Part shown: positions 13,719 through 29,085 of the stretch, piece after piece
Position numbering within the stretch: the stretch's first letter is position 1
How the letters are laid out: the number at the start of each line of letters is the position of its first letter
Assembly: GCA_013239625.1 (NCBI GenBank)
Contig: MU053304.1
Location: forward strand, 868,001-932,000
Length of the DNA: 64,000 bases
Reading direction: 5' to 3'
DNA from: Lama guanicoe
Lineage: Eukaryota
Translations under genes and position numbers: made by a program
The notes under the pieces: generated by a model
What the model was told of the DNA's origin: nothing
Seen by the model: only the letters and a program-made list of their open reading frames with translations
The model's database searches: none

Positions 13719-14409
13719 CTAGAAGAGTTAACAGGGTAAATCATTGTAATCCCTTACTCACATACGAATGTACAACCTCAAAGAGAATTTAGTTCTATAA
13801 TACTACCCGGTTTCTTGGTAGTTAAGTATCATAAAGAACAAAATAATCTGGGAATATAAGGGTAATTTATTGCTACAGCCATAAGGTGAATCTTCAGTTC
13901 CCAGAGGCCTGTGTCCAATATAACTCTAATTTCTTTCTGTAGCCTACCTTGGATGTGAATTTGCTATGATGAATTTCTGAGACAGAGAGCTGGGTGCTGC
14001 ACCCATTTATACTTTGTAGGGAAAGCACTGGAAAACAAACATTTTCTCCATGGACTAGATGCCCTACAATGGTAATACACAGTGGGTGAGTGGTTAGACT
14101 GGAATTATCCTCCTTGATGGCTTTCAAAGGTGAAAAAGAAAGCCTGGGCAGAACTGGTGTAAAGCTGACTTTGTTTTAGACTCAAAAAGCAGGAGGCCCT
14201 GAAACACAGCTGACGAGCAAGAAACTGCTGTCAAAGGATATCATTACCTACCACCCACAAAATTTACAGCAAATAATCAACAACTGGCTAATATGGAACA
14301 TCATCTTAAGAGAAAAAAAACCATTTCCCTAAACCTAAGGTATCATGAAGGATAATTTTACTGAAAAAACTGCAGGCACAAGCACAGTTCTCAATCTCAC
14401 CACGTTTAA

Positions 14410-14970
14410 CTAAACACATATCATGAGTGTCTTCACATCCGTTGGTAGAAGTATAAATTGGTTATATCCATTTTGAAAGGAAATTTAGTTAATACTTGTG
14501 AAAATGTGCATTACTTTTGATCAATCAATTCCACACCTAGGATCCTATGATATACTTGTACTAGTGCACAAATATGCATATATAAAAATTCTTATTCCAG
14601 TCTCATTTGTAACAGTGACAATCTGAAATAACTCTGAATGTCCATCAGATAAGGAACTGGTAAGACAATGATATATACATATAAGAACTGCCCTGCAGCT
14701 TTGAGAAAAATGAGATCAATACACATCAAAAGTTTTTAAAAAAAATCATTAGGGTGAAAACAAATTAGATGCAGAGCAGTACGGAGAGAATAATTCTGTT
14801 TGTGGTATAAAAGGTATTGATATGTGCAGAGGAAATATTTGGAGGGATTCACAAATTGTGATTCCTGCAACACGGACTTCAATAACCAGAAAAGAAAAGG
14901 GTTTTCATTTTATAGTCTTGTGAAATGTTAGATTTTACAATAAGAAGTATTACTTTTAAAATATCTAATT
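14410..14970 (+). mobile_element. Old L1 (L1ME-like) 3' fragment
   Basis: gttggtagaagtataaattgg...caattccacacctagg...aatgtccatca are motifs of the L1 ORF2 end and 3' UTR. Confidence 0.65.
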
Positions 14971-15057
14971 TAAAACATAAAAATATTTAAAACAAACTGA
15001 AGTAAAACACGAAGCAGCTCCTATAAGTACAAATGCTCAAAGGAATAAAGAACCTAC

Positions 15058-15150
15058 CTTTTCCTTTTCTTTTTCTTTTGGTACTTCCAGAGGGGCAGGA
15101 TATGCAAATGTGGATGGTTTACAGTTTGATTTATACTGAACTTTCGGCAT
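15058..15150 (-). CDS. PSMD1: PSMD1 coding exon (exon 21 equiv.), [31 protein letters not shown]
   Basis: ttcttcag|ATG CCG...GAA AAG|gtaggt, 93 nt, phase 0/0. Lies inside ORF 15037..15261. Confidence 0.97.
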
Positions 15151-16793
15151 CTGAAGAAATAAAAGAATTGCCCCCTCTCTATTACAATAATCAAAATCAA
15201 GATTTAAGTATTCTATGCGCCTAACAAGCATACAAATGCAAAAGGATGTCAGAGGTCTCAATCCAGGCTAAATTACACAGCTCTCCAATTACGTCATCAC
15301 TCTTCTCCAACAGCACCTGTTTTCTTTCATTGCATTAGTTTTGAGGTGCTTTACAGAACTACTGTGATTCCCTATACTTTCCTGAAACTCTGTGCCTTTA
15401 AACAGGCATCCCTTTCATCTTTGTTGACTATGCACTCTGCTTCAGTGGGTTAAGTTTCACTCCTGGTGTGAGCCTCGGATCAACTGTTACCTCCTTTGTG
15501 AAGTGTCGCCTGACATCTAACCTGCATACCTAACTTCCATGTGCCTTCCTTGTACCACCTTAACAACCTATACAGGTCTGTATACAGTTTCTACACCATA
15601 TAATCACACCTTACAAGAATCTAGCATGAGCCTAATGGAAAAGTCAGCTTTGCATTACTTATTGACCACATTTAAAGTTCTCTAGTCTGAATTTTTCTCC
15701 ATTTATACCCAATTTGCATTGATAGAGAATGGTAATAAGCATCACATTTATTACGACGAGCAGTCTTGTCTTTCCCATCCCACTTTCACTGCAAAATGGA
15801 AACAGAGATCATAAAATTGTGTGGCAGAGGGAGAAGTCCCTAAAGATTATACAGGATGCTTAACCACAATATTAAAGGTTAAGGATTGGGAAACCCAAAA
15901 CTCGTTTTGAGAGATAAAACTGCTCAGTATTTATAAATATAGTAGTTTAACACTGAAACATTTAAAGGATGATTAATTGGCTGTATAGCTATACTGAAAA
16001 AAAATCAATTCAATGAAACACTCAATCTTTACCAGGCCAATTTTTTTAGAAAGATATTCTACTTTGAAAATTTAATAGAACTTTTAAACAATGGTGACGA
16101 CCATATGTAAGAGTTATTTAAAGGTCAAAGGGCCTCTGAGAGGGTGGCAGAACAAGAAGTGAATCATTAGGCCGCAGGACTGAGAAAGACATAAGCAAAA
16201 ACCCTATTTAAATAAAAAAAGGATAGTAAGATGACAGGGAATGCGTCACCTTAAGTCTTTGACTTAAGCGATCAGTTTCTTTCTGTCAGTTTCCCTGGCT
16301 CCTCTCTGCTGATCTTGTTTTCACCACTACCAAAGGGACACCCTCCTATCTTGTTCTGTTTAGCAATAATCTTTTCTTCCATCAAACACTCTAGCATCAC
16401 ATCACATCAAACGTTCCTTCCTTAGTAAGATTTCGTTTAGGTCTTCCTTGCCCAGATTATTGCAATAGCATTGTACCTAATATCCACTGATACGAGAATG
16501 ATGTTTCTAAAATGCAAATCTCATCATGTCACTTATCTGCATGAAATCTTTCAGCAGCTCCCACAGACCTTCAGTATTAAATAAAATTCACCAGAGTGAT
16601 CTATAAAGCCTTTTCATATTTTTATATTTTGCCTCCTTCTCACCATTCCCTTTCAACCAATATACCCAAGGTTACACAGTTAGTAAGGAGACTTGATTCT
16701 CAAAACTTCCACCAACACACTCCTCTCAGCAAGGTGATGGATGAGCCAGTTTGAAGTAAAGTACTTTACTAATGAGATGCCAACTCATCTTTA

Positions 16794-17135
<342 letters not shown>

Positions 17136-17874
17136 TTATTTTAAAAGTATAGTTCATAAAATCTAATATGGAGTCACTGGAATTAGCCAGCCAGTGAACT
17201 ATCTAGGATCTCCAAAACTGGAAGTGCCAGACTTGGTAAATCTAAGAACTTCTTTCTAAATAGGTAGGCATTTAAAAATAAACTAAGCCTGAAGGATATC
17301 AGAATGGTACGCTAAATTATATATTAATCTATACTGTACATTGGCCTTTAATGTGCAAACAAAAAGTAAAATTTTAGTACATACTGTATTTGCAGACAGC
17401 AAAGAGACAAGAGGTAGATACTGTTTGCTCAGTTTACTCTTTGTGCTCTAGTCATTTCTGAATGCAGGCAGGTCTAACATTAACTAGCTTTGTGGAAATG
17501 GACAAATCACTTAACCTCTTAAATTTTTTCTTCCCATTGACAAAATGAGAGTTCGAACTTGCGCATTTGAACTAGAGCACTGCCACTAACAAAAGAAAAA
17601 TTTTAATATCCAATCCTTGACTCAACTGAAAAAAAATTTTTGAAGAAGCATAATATGCAAAACAATTAAATCAGAGCTAATTCTATTAAATCAGAAGAGA
17701 TTTTGGGCGCAGAACCTGACCTGTTTACCTACCTCTACCCCTTGCCACGTCTCCTAGACTATTCCTTGAGGGAGTGCAGAGAAACACAGCCGGAAAGCTA
17801 GTGAACGAGAGCTAAGATCCAAGCATCAATTAGACGCATCTTTACCCTTGTAAGGCTGAGATTTTAGAAGGCTT

Positions 17875-18143
17875 TAGGGGTTGCAAACTTGAATGCTTTT
17901 AGGAACTGGTGAGGTAAACAAACGAGAGAACTTGGACTGGAAGCAGTGGGTACTGAAGCAAACTGAAAAGTTCTTACCACAGTTAAAGAGGACATGTCAC
18001 TAGGGATGGAGGCCCAGGGTCACTATGTAATTTTCTTTTTAAAAGTGCACTTGAATCTGGATTTTGCCCAAAATTTTGCTAGGCAGACAAAAACTGTGTT
18101 TAAGGCTGATATGGCCCATGGGCTGCTGTGTTGTAGCCTCTGT
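17875..18143. mobile_element. hAT-Charlie MITE (MER102-like)
   Basis: aggggttgcaaacttgaatgc...ggcccatgggctgc...tgtagcctctg. Confidence 0.45.
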
Positions 18144-19639
18144 TCTATAGTAGCAGTGTTAGTGCTGGATTCCAGAACTTTGAGACACAAATCCTTTAGT
18201 TTATATACTACTACAGCCTACAAAAATAGGGCTTCCCTGTACCCAGTCACCACCCTAATTTGAATTTCAATTCTGGATCTCCATTGCTTACATTTTACTT
18301 CTCTTCATCTCAGTATCTCACAGATGCCTTCAAATTTTCTTGGAGTCAGGAAGTACGTACTAACTTTACTAAACCAAAAAGCATTTTAATTTTTTATAAG
18401 AATCAGGGTTCTACTGTTCAACCAAATAATCTAGATTTTCTTAATACTCCACTACAGATACTTCGTTTAAGATTTTATCTAGAAAAAAAATCAGATATAC
18501 TTTAACTTTGTTTTTCCAACGGGATGAGTTACATATATTTACTGTCTGCTTATATCCTTTCCCTATTCTAACCCCCACAGTCACAGAAGGCTTACTATAT
18601 ATTGAGAATTTTGAATAAAATACTGAAAAAGATTCCAAAGAACCTCCAATCTAGTGAAGACAGATAAATAATTAAAATAAAGCATAAAAATATTATAATA
18701 GATATAAACCCAAGTACTAGTGGGAACACAGAGCTAACTAAGCATGGCCCACCTAACCTATGGAGTAGGCTGAATAGGGCAGAAGGGGGTGGGGAAGGCT
18801 TTCCTAGAGAATGTGATATTTGATATAAGTTCTGAAGCTGAATTTCCTTTTATTTCAATATAAACTATCTTCTTCAGACTTAGAAACTAAAGTAGTTCTA
18901 ACAGTCTGAGATTTAATATAAAATAAGGACAAGTTTATTCTATTGATAGTGTTTACACAGTTTTACAAACTTCAACCGTAAACCTGCTTAATCTTCAGCT
19001 TTTCTCCTTGAGGAAACCAAATCATGAGTAAGTTCTCATAAACTTCAACTTCACTCATTCCATTGAAGTTGCCCTCTCCAGATTTTCTCTACTACTTCTA
19101 ACTTCTGAGAGATAAATTACAGGGCCAATAATTTTTCTAAGCAGTTGCGGCACAGTTTTCTAGGAAGATAGCAAATTAGCAAATTGAAAAGGAGTAAGAG
19201 AATAACTTTACGCTCCTAAGAGTGAACTCGGCAGTACAGAACTTTTATGTACTAAGTAACACTAAAATACCTAAGGCAAAAATGACTATAAGTAAAAAAA
19301 ATAAATGAAAGAAGCATCAAAACTTGATTGGTTCATGACAGAGCAAACAGATACAAAAAAAGAGGTGGAAGGAGAGAGGGGCTCAAAGGGGAAGGAGAAG
19401 ACAGAGGATTCCAAATAAAGATGGCAAAATAAAGCTAAAACAGAGAATTATCCTCCCCTAATTCTTAACAAATGACTCTAATTTAGTAAAAGCCAGCAAA
19501 AATTACAGTAGTACTGAATGAATGAGTAAAGGGTTGTACTTTAAAACCAAAACTTCAAAAAGTAGCACCTAAAAGAAAAAACAAAAGATTATGGAGTGGT
19601 AAAATGTTTCTTCTAAATCCTATTGAAAAAACAATTACC

Positions 19640-19915
19640 AAAAGTAGCCAACCTGAAAAGGTTCCATACTATATGGTTCCAACTACACAACAATTTTGAA
19701 AAAGAAAAAAACTAAAGCTATAAATACAGCAAAAAAAAAACAAACAAAAAACAGTGATTGCTGGGAACTGTGGGGAGGGAGGAATGAAAAGGTAAAGCAC
19801 AGAGGATTCTTACGGCAGTGAAACTATTCTGCATGATAATGTAAAGGTGGATACATGTCATTATGCATGTGTCAAAACTCATGGAGAATGAATCCAAATG
19901 TAAATGAAAGACTGA
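19640..19915 (+). mobile_element. L1MC-like 3' UTR fragment
   Basis: agccaacctgaaaagg...ggcagtgaaactattctgcatgata...ggatacatgtcattat. Confidence 0.7.
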
Positions 19916-21661
19916 CAAAATCCAGCCATTTAAGTGTCAAGTCATAGCACAGATATCTGGAAAAAGCAGCAGCAATAAAAGTAAACGGTGGTGAGCAGTG
20001 ACTCTATTTAAATATGGAACTAAGACTAAACAGTGGGAATTATTATTTCACAAGAGAATGTAAATGTTATAAACCATGACAATGTAAACATAATATAAAA
20101 ATATTGGAAGGTGACAAAGAATGAGAAGGGAGAAACTATGGCATGTCAATGTCTATATTGTTTATACCTGGGAGAATCAATGCCGAGAACTGAAATGGTT
20201 CACTTCATCTAAAATATCTATAGCATATTCCCCTTATTTATATACAGCTGCAAGGAACTATCTTTAATTAAAAGAGAGAGAAATTTAAAAACACTAAAAA
20301 TTTAAGCAGAAAACGCTCAACTTCTTGGAAAATTAAAACAAATCCCACTAGAAAAATAGATTAAAAGAGAAGAGTATTTGCCTCAAAAATTTAGAAAACA
20401 GTATCAACATCCTAAAAAAGAAAAAAAAGCAAATAAAAGATTTGAGCAAAAATAAAGAATTTAGGGGGAAAAAAGATTAGCAACAGCATATAAATAAATA
20501 AAAACAGAAATCTCTAGCAAATCTAATCAAGAAAAAGATAAAATAATCATATTCGAAAGAGACAGATTTTTTAAAAAAGCCATATACAGGAGAGTACCTA
20601 AAATTATAAAACAAGGATGCTGAAAACCTTGATTAAAAAAATATTCTCAGCAGACAGAAAACCTAAGAGAGTAACAAAAAAACTTCAGATAGCAAAAAAT
20701 TTCAGCTTCTTTTCCTGATCTCCTTCAACTAAAAATATAAACACATGTCTAGCTGACCAAGAAAAGAATGGCTGGAATAAAATAAGAATAAGGAATAAAA
20801 TTTTTTATTAGAAGAAATCAATATAACTAATAAATTTAAGAAAAGCTCATCAATAATAGTACTATGAAAGCCTTGAGATACGATTTTTTAACCTTTCAAA
20901 TTAGCAAAGATTAATAAAACAGATTATATTCTACATGGCTAGGGTACAGTTAGAAAAAGAATCAGATACTTGAATAGCGAAATAGTTACGTTCATTCCCT
21001 TCTACCCTATTGAGTCAGATATTGCCAAAAATAACAGTTAGAGTCTGTTGAATGAATCCCCAGTCCAAGGTACTAAAGCACACCATTCTACCTTGTAAGG
21101 GCAGCCCATCTCTTCTGAAATAAACCACAGTGCAGTGGTGAAGGGTATGAATTCAGGAGCCAGTTGGTATAGTGTACTATGTGTTTACTAGGCAAATATT
21201 CCAGGCATCTTACTTTTAAATGATTTGGCTGCTAGGATTTGTCTAAAGCCTAATTTTTTCCTCAAAAAATTTCCAATGTCAATTTGTTTAAAATGGATAT
21301 ATACTAAGAAAATTGAAGGAAAAAAATAAGCCAATACTCATTGAACACTTAACTAAGTGACTGGGACTGTTTTAATTGCTTTACATGTATTTTTAATCCT
21401 CCCAACACTATGAGGTAGACTTTACAAGACAAGAAAACAGACATAAAGAGGGGAAATACAGTTAGTGCTGTAAAGGGACTGGAATTCAAACTCTAACAGT
21501 CTGTGCTCTTAACAACTCTACTGAATTATTTCTATGAACAGTAGGCTCCATATTTTCTCCAGGAATAATCAGCCCCAGACTCAATTTCTACTACGTCATA
21601 TGATTAGAACAGATATTTCATCTGATTTAGTTTAAACAGATAAATAAATCTGGAAGATTTA

Positions 21662-21796
<135 letters not shown>

Positions 21797-22744
21797 TTAT
21801 AGTCTAATTCTATTCATTTGCTGTGTCATTTTAGAGCAGGGACTAGATTGCTCAAATGGTAATGAAACCTGAGTTCTGAATTTCACAACATTCAAAACAA
21901 GAGGGATCTGGACCAGATTTGAAGGCAGAATAAGTCCATGGTTGAAATCACGGGTGTCATGACTTTTCTGTTGTGGGAGGACCAGCTCTGTTTTCAATCA
22001 CTGTTCCACAGTGGATGATTCAGACTCAGGGGAATGCTGAATGCGATTTCATACTGCACCACTGTTAGTCAGCAGGCTTACCAGTTCAAATGAACACTAA
22101 GGCTTTCATTGCACTGTGAATTACAGCTATTCTGCTTACCATCAACCTACAGACTTCCTAATGGGCACAGCCCTTCAATTCTACCTTAAAACAAACTTCA
22201 CTACAGCTAGGTAATGTATATTTTGGATTAAGTACATTCACATATATGGTAAAGATTTTCATCATGCATACACGTTAATTTTTTGAGGATACATCACAAC
22301 AATTACTCTTACCAAAAGAACACACCAAAATGGAATACATGCTGACTTATTTAAGGAGGAATTACTGGTAATTTTTGTCTGCTATTTTCTAAAATTAATA
22401 TATACACTTTTATAATTAGAAAATAACATTTAAAAAATACATGTTCTTATCAAAATATCCATGATTCTTTTAAAATGGGGTGACAAAAAGGGAAATACTT
22501 TATGCTTCTTCCATGTCTTACACTACTGTTTTCTCACCAAGTGCTTTTCAAATGGCAGGCACCCAGAAAGAAGTCTGCTTGTTCAAGAAGTACATGATCA
22601 TGGACCTCCCCAGATCAGCCCAAAGCAGAAAATACTGAATTTGAGTTTCCTCCTATAACGATCTTATCCATATCACGTATTCTTTCAGAATCTCCTCCCT
22701 TTCATTCATCTTGGTCTGGGAGGCCACACTGTGATAAAGTGCAG

Positions 22745-22945
22745 AGTAATATAGAATCAGACAATACTGGCTTATAAATATCTCTTCTTTACTAAGCTCT
22801 CTGGGTAAATTACTCAGCTTTTCTGAGTCTCAGTTTCTTCATCTGTACAGAGATTATAGCACCTACCTTACATGACTGTTGTAAGATTATTTGAGGTAAT
22901 ATGTACATCATGTAATGTGTAAAAGGCATTTTATAGTTCAGTAAG
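22745..22945 (+). mobile_element. MIR
   Basis: gggtaaattactcagcttttctgagtctcagtttcttcatctgta. Confidence 0.65.
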
Positions 22946-24214
22946 CAAGGCTGTCTTACCATTCCAGAGCAGAATCCTACCAGTCCTCCCTGACTCCAAT
23001 CTTTGCAACCTAAATACTGCTAACAAAATGGTATTTCTTAAAATGGTTCTCAGTTTTTATTCACAGGCAGCAATAGAATATGACAGGAAAAACAACTCTG
23101 AACTAACTCTGCCACTACCCAGCATGACTATTAGCAAGCCACTTACTTCTCTACATCTTTCTTTCTCTAACTATAAAACCCAGCATGATGAGATCATCAC
23201 AAAATTCCCTTCCAGTTTTAAAAATTCTAAGGTTTGATGCTTTCACTCTGGTTCAACAGGTCAAATTCCTTTGATTCTGAACTTATTTGGGATGAACATC
23301 TACATTATCTTACATAGGACGGAAATTTTATGTGCTAGAGGTTTATGAAATATTTCATGAATTTATGAAAAAGAAACACTGGACAAAGCACTGTATGTAC
23401 AATATAAGGAAGAATTTAAATATAAAATCACACCCCAAACAATAGGACAACATAATCTGAAAGACAGAAAAAAAAAAATCAATGCAAATATATAATAGGT
23501 GTATCCAATTAAAATTAAACAGACTAGTACTTTAAAAAGCTAGTTTTTATCATTAAAAAAATTTTTCCTCATGTTTTATTATTTATGCAGCAGAAACTTA
23601 ACTCTCATTGTTATGATTCTTCATAAAGAATTATTATTTTAGTAGATTAGGATACTATCTTAAATTTGGAAGGTGACTTTGAGATCTTCTGGTCTACTCC
23701 CACTTCACAGATGAGAAAATGGATTCAAATCAATTTCTGGCTCAATTTCATTGTTATGAATAGTATACCCCCCCAACAAAAAACAAATTAGAATTTATAG
23801 GAGAAAAATCATATTAATTTCCCATTTTATATTATAATTTCACAGAAAAGACAATTAAATTTCAGACAGCACTGTGATCTATGTATTCTATTGTGCCTGA
23901 TTATCTAAAACCTACGTTCTCCAAATTCCTGCATTTTAGACATTCACCATGCTTTTAACTCTATACACCTTGTATTGTTGGAAAAAAACAAAGCTGACTC
24001 TTAGATGTCATAGAGAAAAATAAAAGATGGAGAGAAGGGAATAAAGTTCCTTAAGAGTCATTTTTGTTGTTACTTATCATCTAGGTATGTCTCTTCCTTT
24101 CTATTTTTTTTTCTATTTTTCTGGGATATGAAATGAAGTTGTACATCAGGAATTACTTCTGGAGTTTTTTTCTTTTCTCTTTCTATGACATTACAGTTGC
24201 TCTTATGATTTCTA

Positions 24215-24535
24215 CTAGGTCTGTAATTCCTTCCATGAAATCCTTGAGGCCGGATGAACTTTGGAATTCAAAATTTAGAAAGCTAATATGGTGCATACAC
24301 TACAAACTATGCAATACTCTCAGTGGAGTATGGGGGCAATATCTCATAATCAACCCAATTAATATTTCTGATGCAGCAAAATGACTGAATATTTACTACA
24401 CAGGATAAAGGTTATACATGAATTCATACTGGGTCAGATTTTGCAGCCAAATGAGTCCTTAAAAAACAAACAGAACTCTTAGTTTTCAGAGCTTTTTGGA
24501 TTTTGGAACTGCAGATAAAGGGCCACAGACTTATA
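24215..24535. mobile_element. TcMar-Tigger-like non-autonomous element
   Basis: Imperfect inverted termini (aggtctgtaattcctt ... aagggccacagactt) and an internal ttttcagagctttttggattttggaact. Confidence 0.5.
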
Positions 24536-27500
24536 TAATTTAGCTGGGCTAGCTCCCATCTCTTTCTTTAGTTCTGACTTTTTTCCTATGCTCTCATTTT
24601 ATCTCCAACTGACTTGCTATAATCTCGAACTCAACATGCCTAAAATGAAAATTATCTTTATTCTTTTTCAATAACCCAAAAGACATTTTTAGCTCCCTTC
24701 TCAATTTTACTAGTATTATTTTGTTCATGGTATTTGCTTGTAGCCTTTTCTTTATATTACCATCTTTAGTGCCCAAGTCCCTATCTTAAGGCAACAGTAT
24801 GGTAACAAAGGTTACTATTTAGAAATGTGTTATGCTGTAAAATAAAACCTTATGTTATAAAATTCCATGCTGATTTGTTTTAAAACTGCAAAAGCTCATC
24901 AAACTTAGCCAGATACGATTCTACTTCTAAAAAGGGTACATGTCAGTGCTGGGAGAAGTTTCCCTGTAGCAGGCCTTGGGCCAGATATTAGGCAAGGAGG
25001 AGCACCAGATCTTATTCTTACACTGCAGTATTTTTATGCGGTTCTACATATCATATTTGCTATATACATGTTCAAATAACTGCTAACAGTAGAGGTCATT
25101 TAATAAGAAAAACAAAGGATAGATCCTTCAAAGAGCAGAGTTGGGTTCTTGAGACAAAATAACTCCAAGGACCTATAAAAGAACAGTATTCTTGTTAAAT
25201 GGTTCTGAATCTTTTTAATCACCCAGGGGTGTATGCATGATCCTGGGCCTATGTTTGTGAGAATGCATGAGTATGAAACTAGCAGAAGAAAAGCAAAGAT
25301 GTACTGGAGTTAGTTAAACTAAGACCCAATGCGTAGAGCTTGGTGTAAAGATGGCATTCTGTAAATGGATGTGACACAGATCATGAAGGCATAAAAGAAT
25401 ACTTCCTTTGGAAATTTCCATCGTGAATCTCACAAAATATCTGAGAAATGTTCCTTTTGGATTCCTTTGAGGGGGGATACAGTCTTAATGACAACACTTC
25501 ATCTTTGATTTCAAGGAGTTTTCACTTCATTTCATGGACTAGTTTGCAAACTTGTGTCTAGGACTACAGCCTTGAGAACATACTTTTCTTCAAGCTTATT
25601 AACAGCTGTTTCTTTTCAGCAAAATGTCACATACCATCCCAAAAGAGTATCAATGTTGTCTTCTTAGCAATTATTAGATAAAAGAGAGATGATATAAACT
25701 AGAGTATACAAAGCTCTTGATTACATGCGTGAGAGCAGAAAACAAAGAAACAGAACTTAAAGAATTCATGAACTGAGTAACAACTGCACTCTTAACATTT
25801 GTCATATACAGTTTTGCTTTTGTAGTTAGTGGGGTACATGTTTAACTTTCTGCACTGAGTTTGTATCAATGGCAAAGGCTACCAGCTGTAACTGCATTTC
25901 AACATTCCTAATCAATACCCAAGATTTTGCTACCATGTGAAGATGAAAGTGTACCCCAAATAGTCATATTGGCTAAGACCTGGTTCAACAATATTTTATA
26001 AAATGATTCCAAAATACTAATTGGTTAAGTTGCTGTATTTTTTCACTTTTTCTAAATATGAAAAAGTTTTATTTATTTATTGGAATAAAAAGTTGAAGGC
26101 TTTTTGAAACTACACAGCTTACCCTAACCCTAACCCCATCCCTGTTTCAAAGTACTCTGCCATTGTTGGTACAGAACTTACGGTTGTCAAATCAATGAAA
26201 TCCTGTAGCAGAGGATGGGAAGATGGCAAAACATGTGTCAGTTCACAATACGTATAACATGAAAGCAACATATGAGGTCAAAGTGAATAAACTTCTATAT
26301 ATCACTGTTAGGGGAGGTGCATTCCACAGCAAAACTTCCTTCTTTAATGATGTTACTCAGTTGGATAACCTCCAGCTGATAAAGCTCAACAGAAGATCAA
26401 AAGCAGAAATAAAAGATGTGAAAGCTACTCATACTAAAACTGCTCTATTTAAGAACAAAAAGCAAAGAAATGAGATCTGTTTGAAAAGATGTTTATGTCC
26501 TAGAAGATATAAAATATTTAGTAATGTATTACTAAAACAAGATGAGAAGTCTGATTCTATTTTTGAAATCATCCAATTTTTAGAAGTCTTAAAAAGGATT
26601 CTGACAAAGAGAGAAGGACTAGATAAAAACAACAAAAACCAAAATGATAGCAACTGCTCAGAAACTGAAATCTATTAAACAAAGTTTCACAGAATAATCA
26701 AGGAGTTAAAAAAAATTTTTCTTCTCCACGCCATCCTCCCCACCCCCCATCAATCTACTTTGCTGCAAATGAGGGTGTTCTACATCTGTTTGAAGAGGCA
26801 GAAGACAGTAAGCCAATGTTTTTTTGTTGTTGTTGTTGTCAATTCTTTGACTGCTTCTTATACAGGAGCAGAATTAAATAATTCAAGAATTATTATAAAA
26901 GATCTGAAATTACTGCATAAGCTACATACATTTATTTAATATGTCAAACATGGTCATTTTTAGTATATGTAAATTACAAGATCTAAGCAGTTTCTGCTTC
27001 TCAACAAAATGAGTTCTGGCTAAGGTGCCAAGATGTATTAGATATCAAATTCTAAAATGGGGTCTGAGAGATTGTCATGAGGGAATTTTAAAACAGATGC
27101 CTCAAAATCTGTACGGAGTCATCCACATGGTATATATGAGAACTGGACTGTAGAAGGATATGTGAAGAGGATTTCTATGGGGAAAGCTGGGCTTTCCTCC
27201 TAGCTCCAAACCTAGAGATGGGCTTCACAGAGGCCACTTGTGAGCTTAATATGATAAAACGGTCACTGCACTGATTGATATCTTACACAAAACGTAAAAG
27301 GCGTATGCTATTGACAAAGGCACAAGCAATGAGAGAGGGAGGGAGAGAAGAGAGACAAGGAGAGGAAGAGGGAGAGGCAGGCAAAGCTGCACTGAGAGCC
27401 TATCATAAGCTCCCCCAACCAGAAGGGCGAAAGTAGCAAGAGTGTTTGTCAGTGAAAGATGTGTGTCAGCCAAGAAACCTCCCTGTAGCCACCTGAAACC

Positions 27501-27714
27501 CTGCTCAAGGGATCTCCCACGAGGGCAGTGACATTCTAACTGAATCTGGATGTACTCATTTCTAAACTGAGATTGTATATACTATATAAAGTAACTATGT
27601 GAATTTTTATTGCCTCAGAAGGATGGATCAAAAAAGGCATGGATCACTGAGTTTATATTCCATATCAGAGGAACAAGTTACCTCACTGAATAAATTTTAA
27701 AAGGATAGTAGGAG

Positions 27715-29085
27715 GCTTCATCATTTGCAAAAATGTTCTCCCATTCCGTAGGTTGTCGTTTTGTTTTACTTTTGGTTTCTTTTCCTTTGCTGTGTAGAAG
27801 CTTGTAAGTTTAATTAGGTCCCATTTGTTTATTCTTCTTTTATTTCTATTGCTTGGGTAGACTGCCCTAGGAGAACATTTTTGAGATGTATGTGAGATAA
27901 TGTTTTGTATATATTTTCTCCTAGGAGGTTTATTGTATCTTGTCTTATGTTTAAGTCTTTGATCCATTTTGAGTTTATTTTTGTGTATGGTGTAAGGGAG
28001 TGTTCTAGCTCCATTGATTTACATGCTGCTGTCCAGTTTTTCCAACACCATTTGCTAAAGAGAAACCGACAAAGGCTTGATCTCCAGAATATATAAGCAG
28101 CTCATGCAACATAATAAGAAAAAAACAACAACCCAATCCAAAAATGGGCAGAAACAAGCAATTCTCCAAGGAAGATATACAAATGATCAAAAGGCACATG
28201 AAAAAATGCTCAATATCACTAATGATCAGAGAAATGCAAATCAAAACTACGATGAGGTATCTATCACCTCACACCAGTCAGAATGGCCATCATTCAAAAG
28301 TTCACAAATGACAAATGCTGGAGAGGCTGTGGAGAAAAGGGAACCCTCCTACACTGCTGGTGGGAATGCAGGTTGGTGTAGCCACTGTGGAAAACAGTAT
28401 GGAGACTCCTCAAAAGACTAGGAACAGACTTACTATATGACCCAGGAATTCCGCTTCTGGGCATATATCCAGAAGGAACCCTATTTGAAAATAACACCTG
28501 CACCCCAATGTTCATAGAAGCACTATTTACGATAGCCAAGACATGGAAACAGCCTACATGTCCATCAACAGATGACTGGATAAAGATGTGGCATATTTAT
28601 ACAATGGAATACTATTCAGCCATAAATAACAACAACATAATGCCATTTGCAGCACCATAGATGTCCCTGGAGAATGTCATTCTAAGTGAAGCAAGCCAGA
28701 AAGAGAAAGAAAAATACCATATGAGATAGCTCATATGTGGAATCTAAAAAAAAAACAAAACACATAAATACAAAACAGAAACAGACTCATAGACATAGAA
28801 TACAAACTTGTGTTTGCCAAGGGGGCAGGGGGTGGGAAGGGACAGACTGGGATTTCAAAATTTGTAGATACTGACAGGCATATGCAGAATAAACAAGATT
28901 ATACTGTATAGCACAGGGTAATAGAAACAAGATCTTGTGGTAGCTCACAGAGAAAAAAAAATGTGGCAATGAATATATGTATGTTCATGTATAACTGAAA
29001 AATTGTGCTCTACACTGGAATTTGACACAACATTGTAAAATGAATATAACTCAATAAAAAAGTGTTAAAAAGTTTAGACAGGAAA
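27715..29085. mobile_element. Relatively young 5'-truncated, 5'-inverted LINE-1 (27715-28063 minus; 28062-29085 plus)
   Basis: ORF2 peptides occur on both strands: [16 protein letters not shown] on minus, and [13 protein letters not shown] plus the [18 protein letters not shown] knuckle on plus. G-rich 3' UTR and AATAAA. Perfect 16-bp TSD aaaaggatagtaggag at 27699-27714 and 29086-29101. Confidence 0.95.

Noticed and set aside
26121..26136. Telomere-like (CCCTAA)2
   Set aside because: Only about two units, too short to call an interstitial telomeric sequence.
27330..27380. Purine-rich GA tract (possible triplex or enhancer)
   Set aside because: It has no mirror symmetry or other support and is low-complexity only.
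27683..28539. Cluster of overlapping ORFs on both strands
   Set aside because: They are frameshifted LINE-1 ORF2 fragments and their antisense frames.
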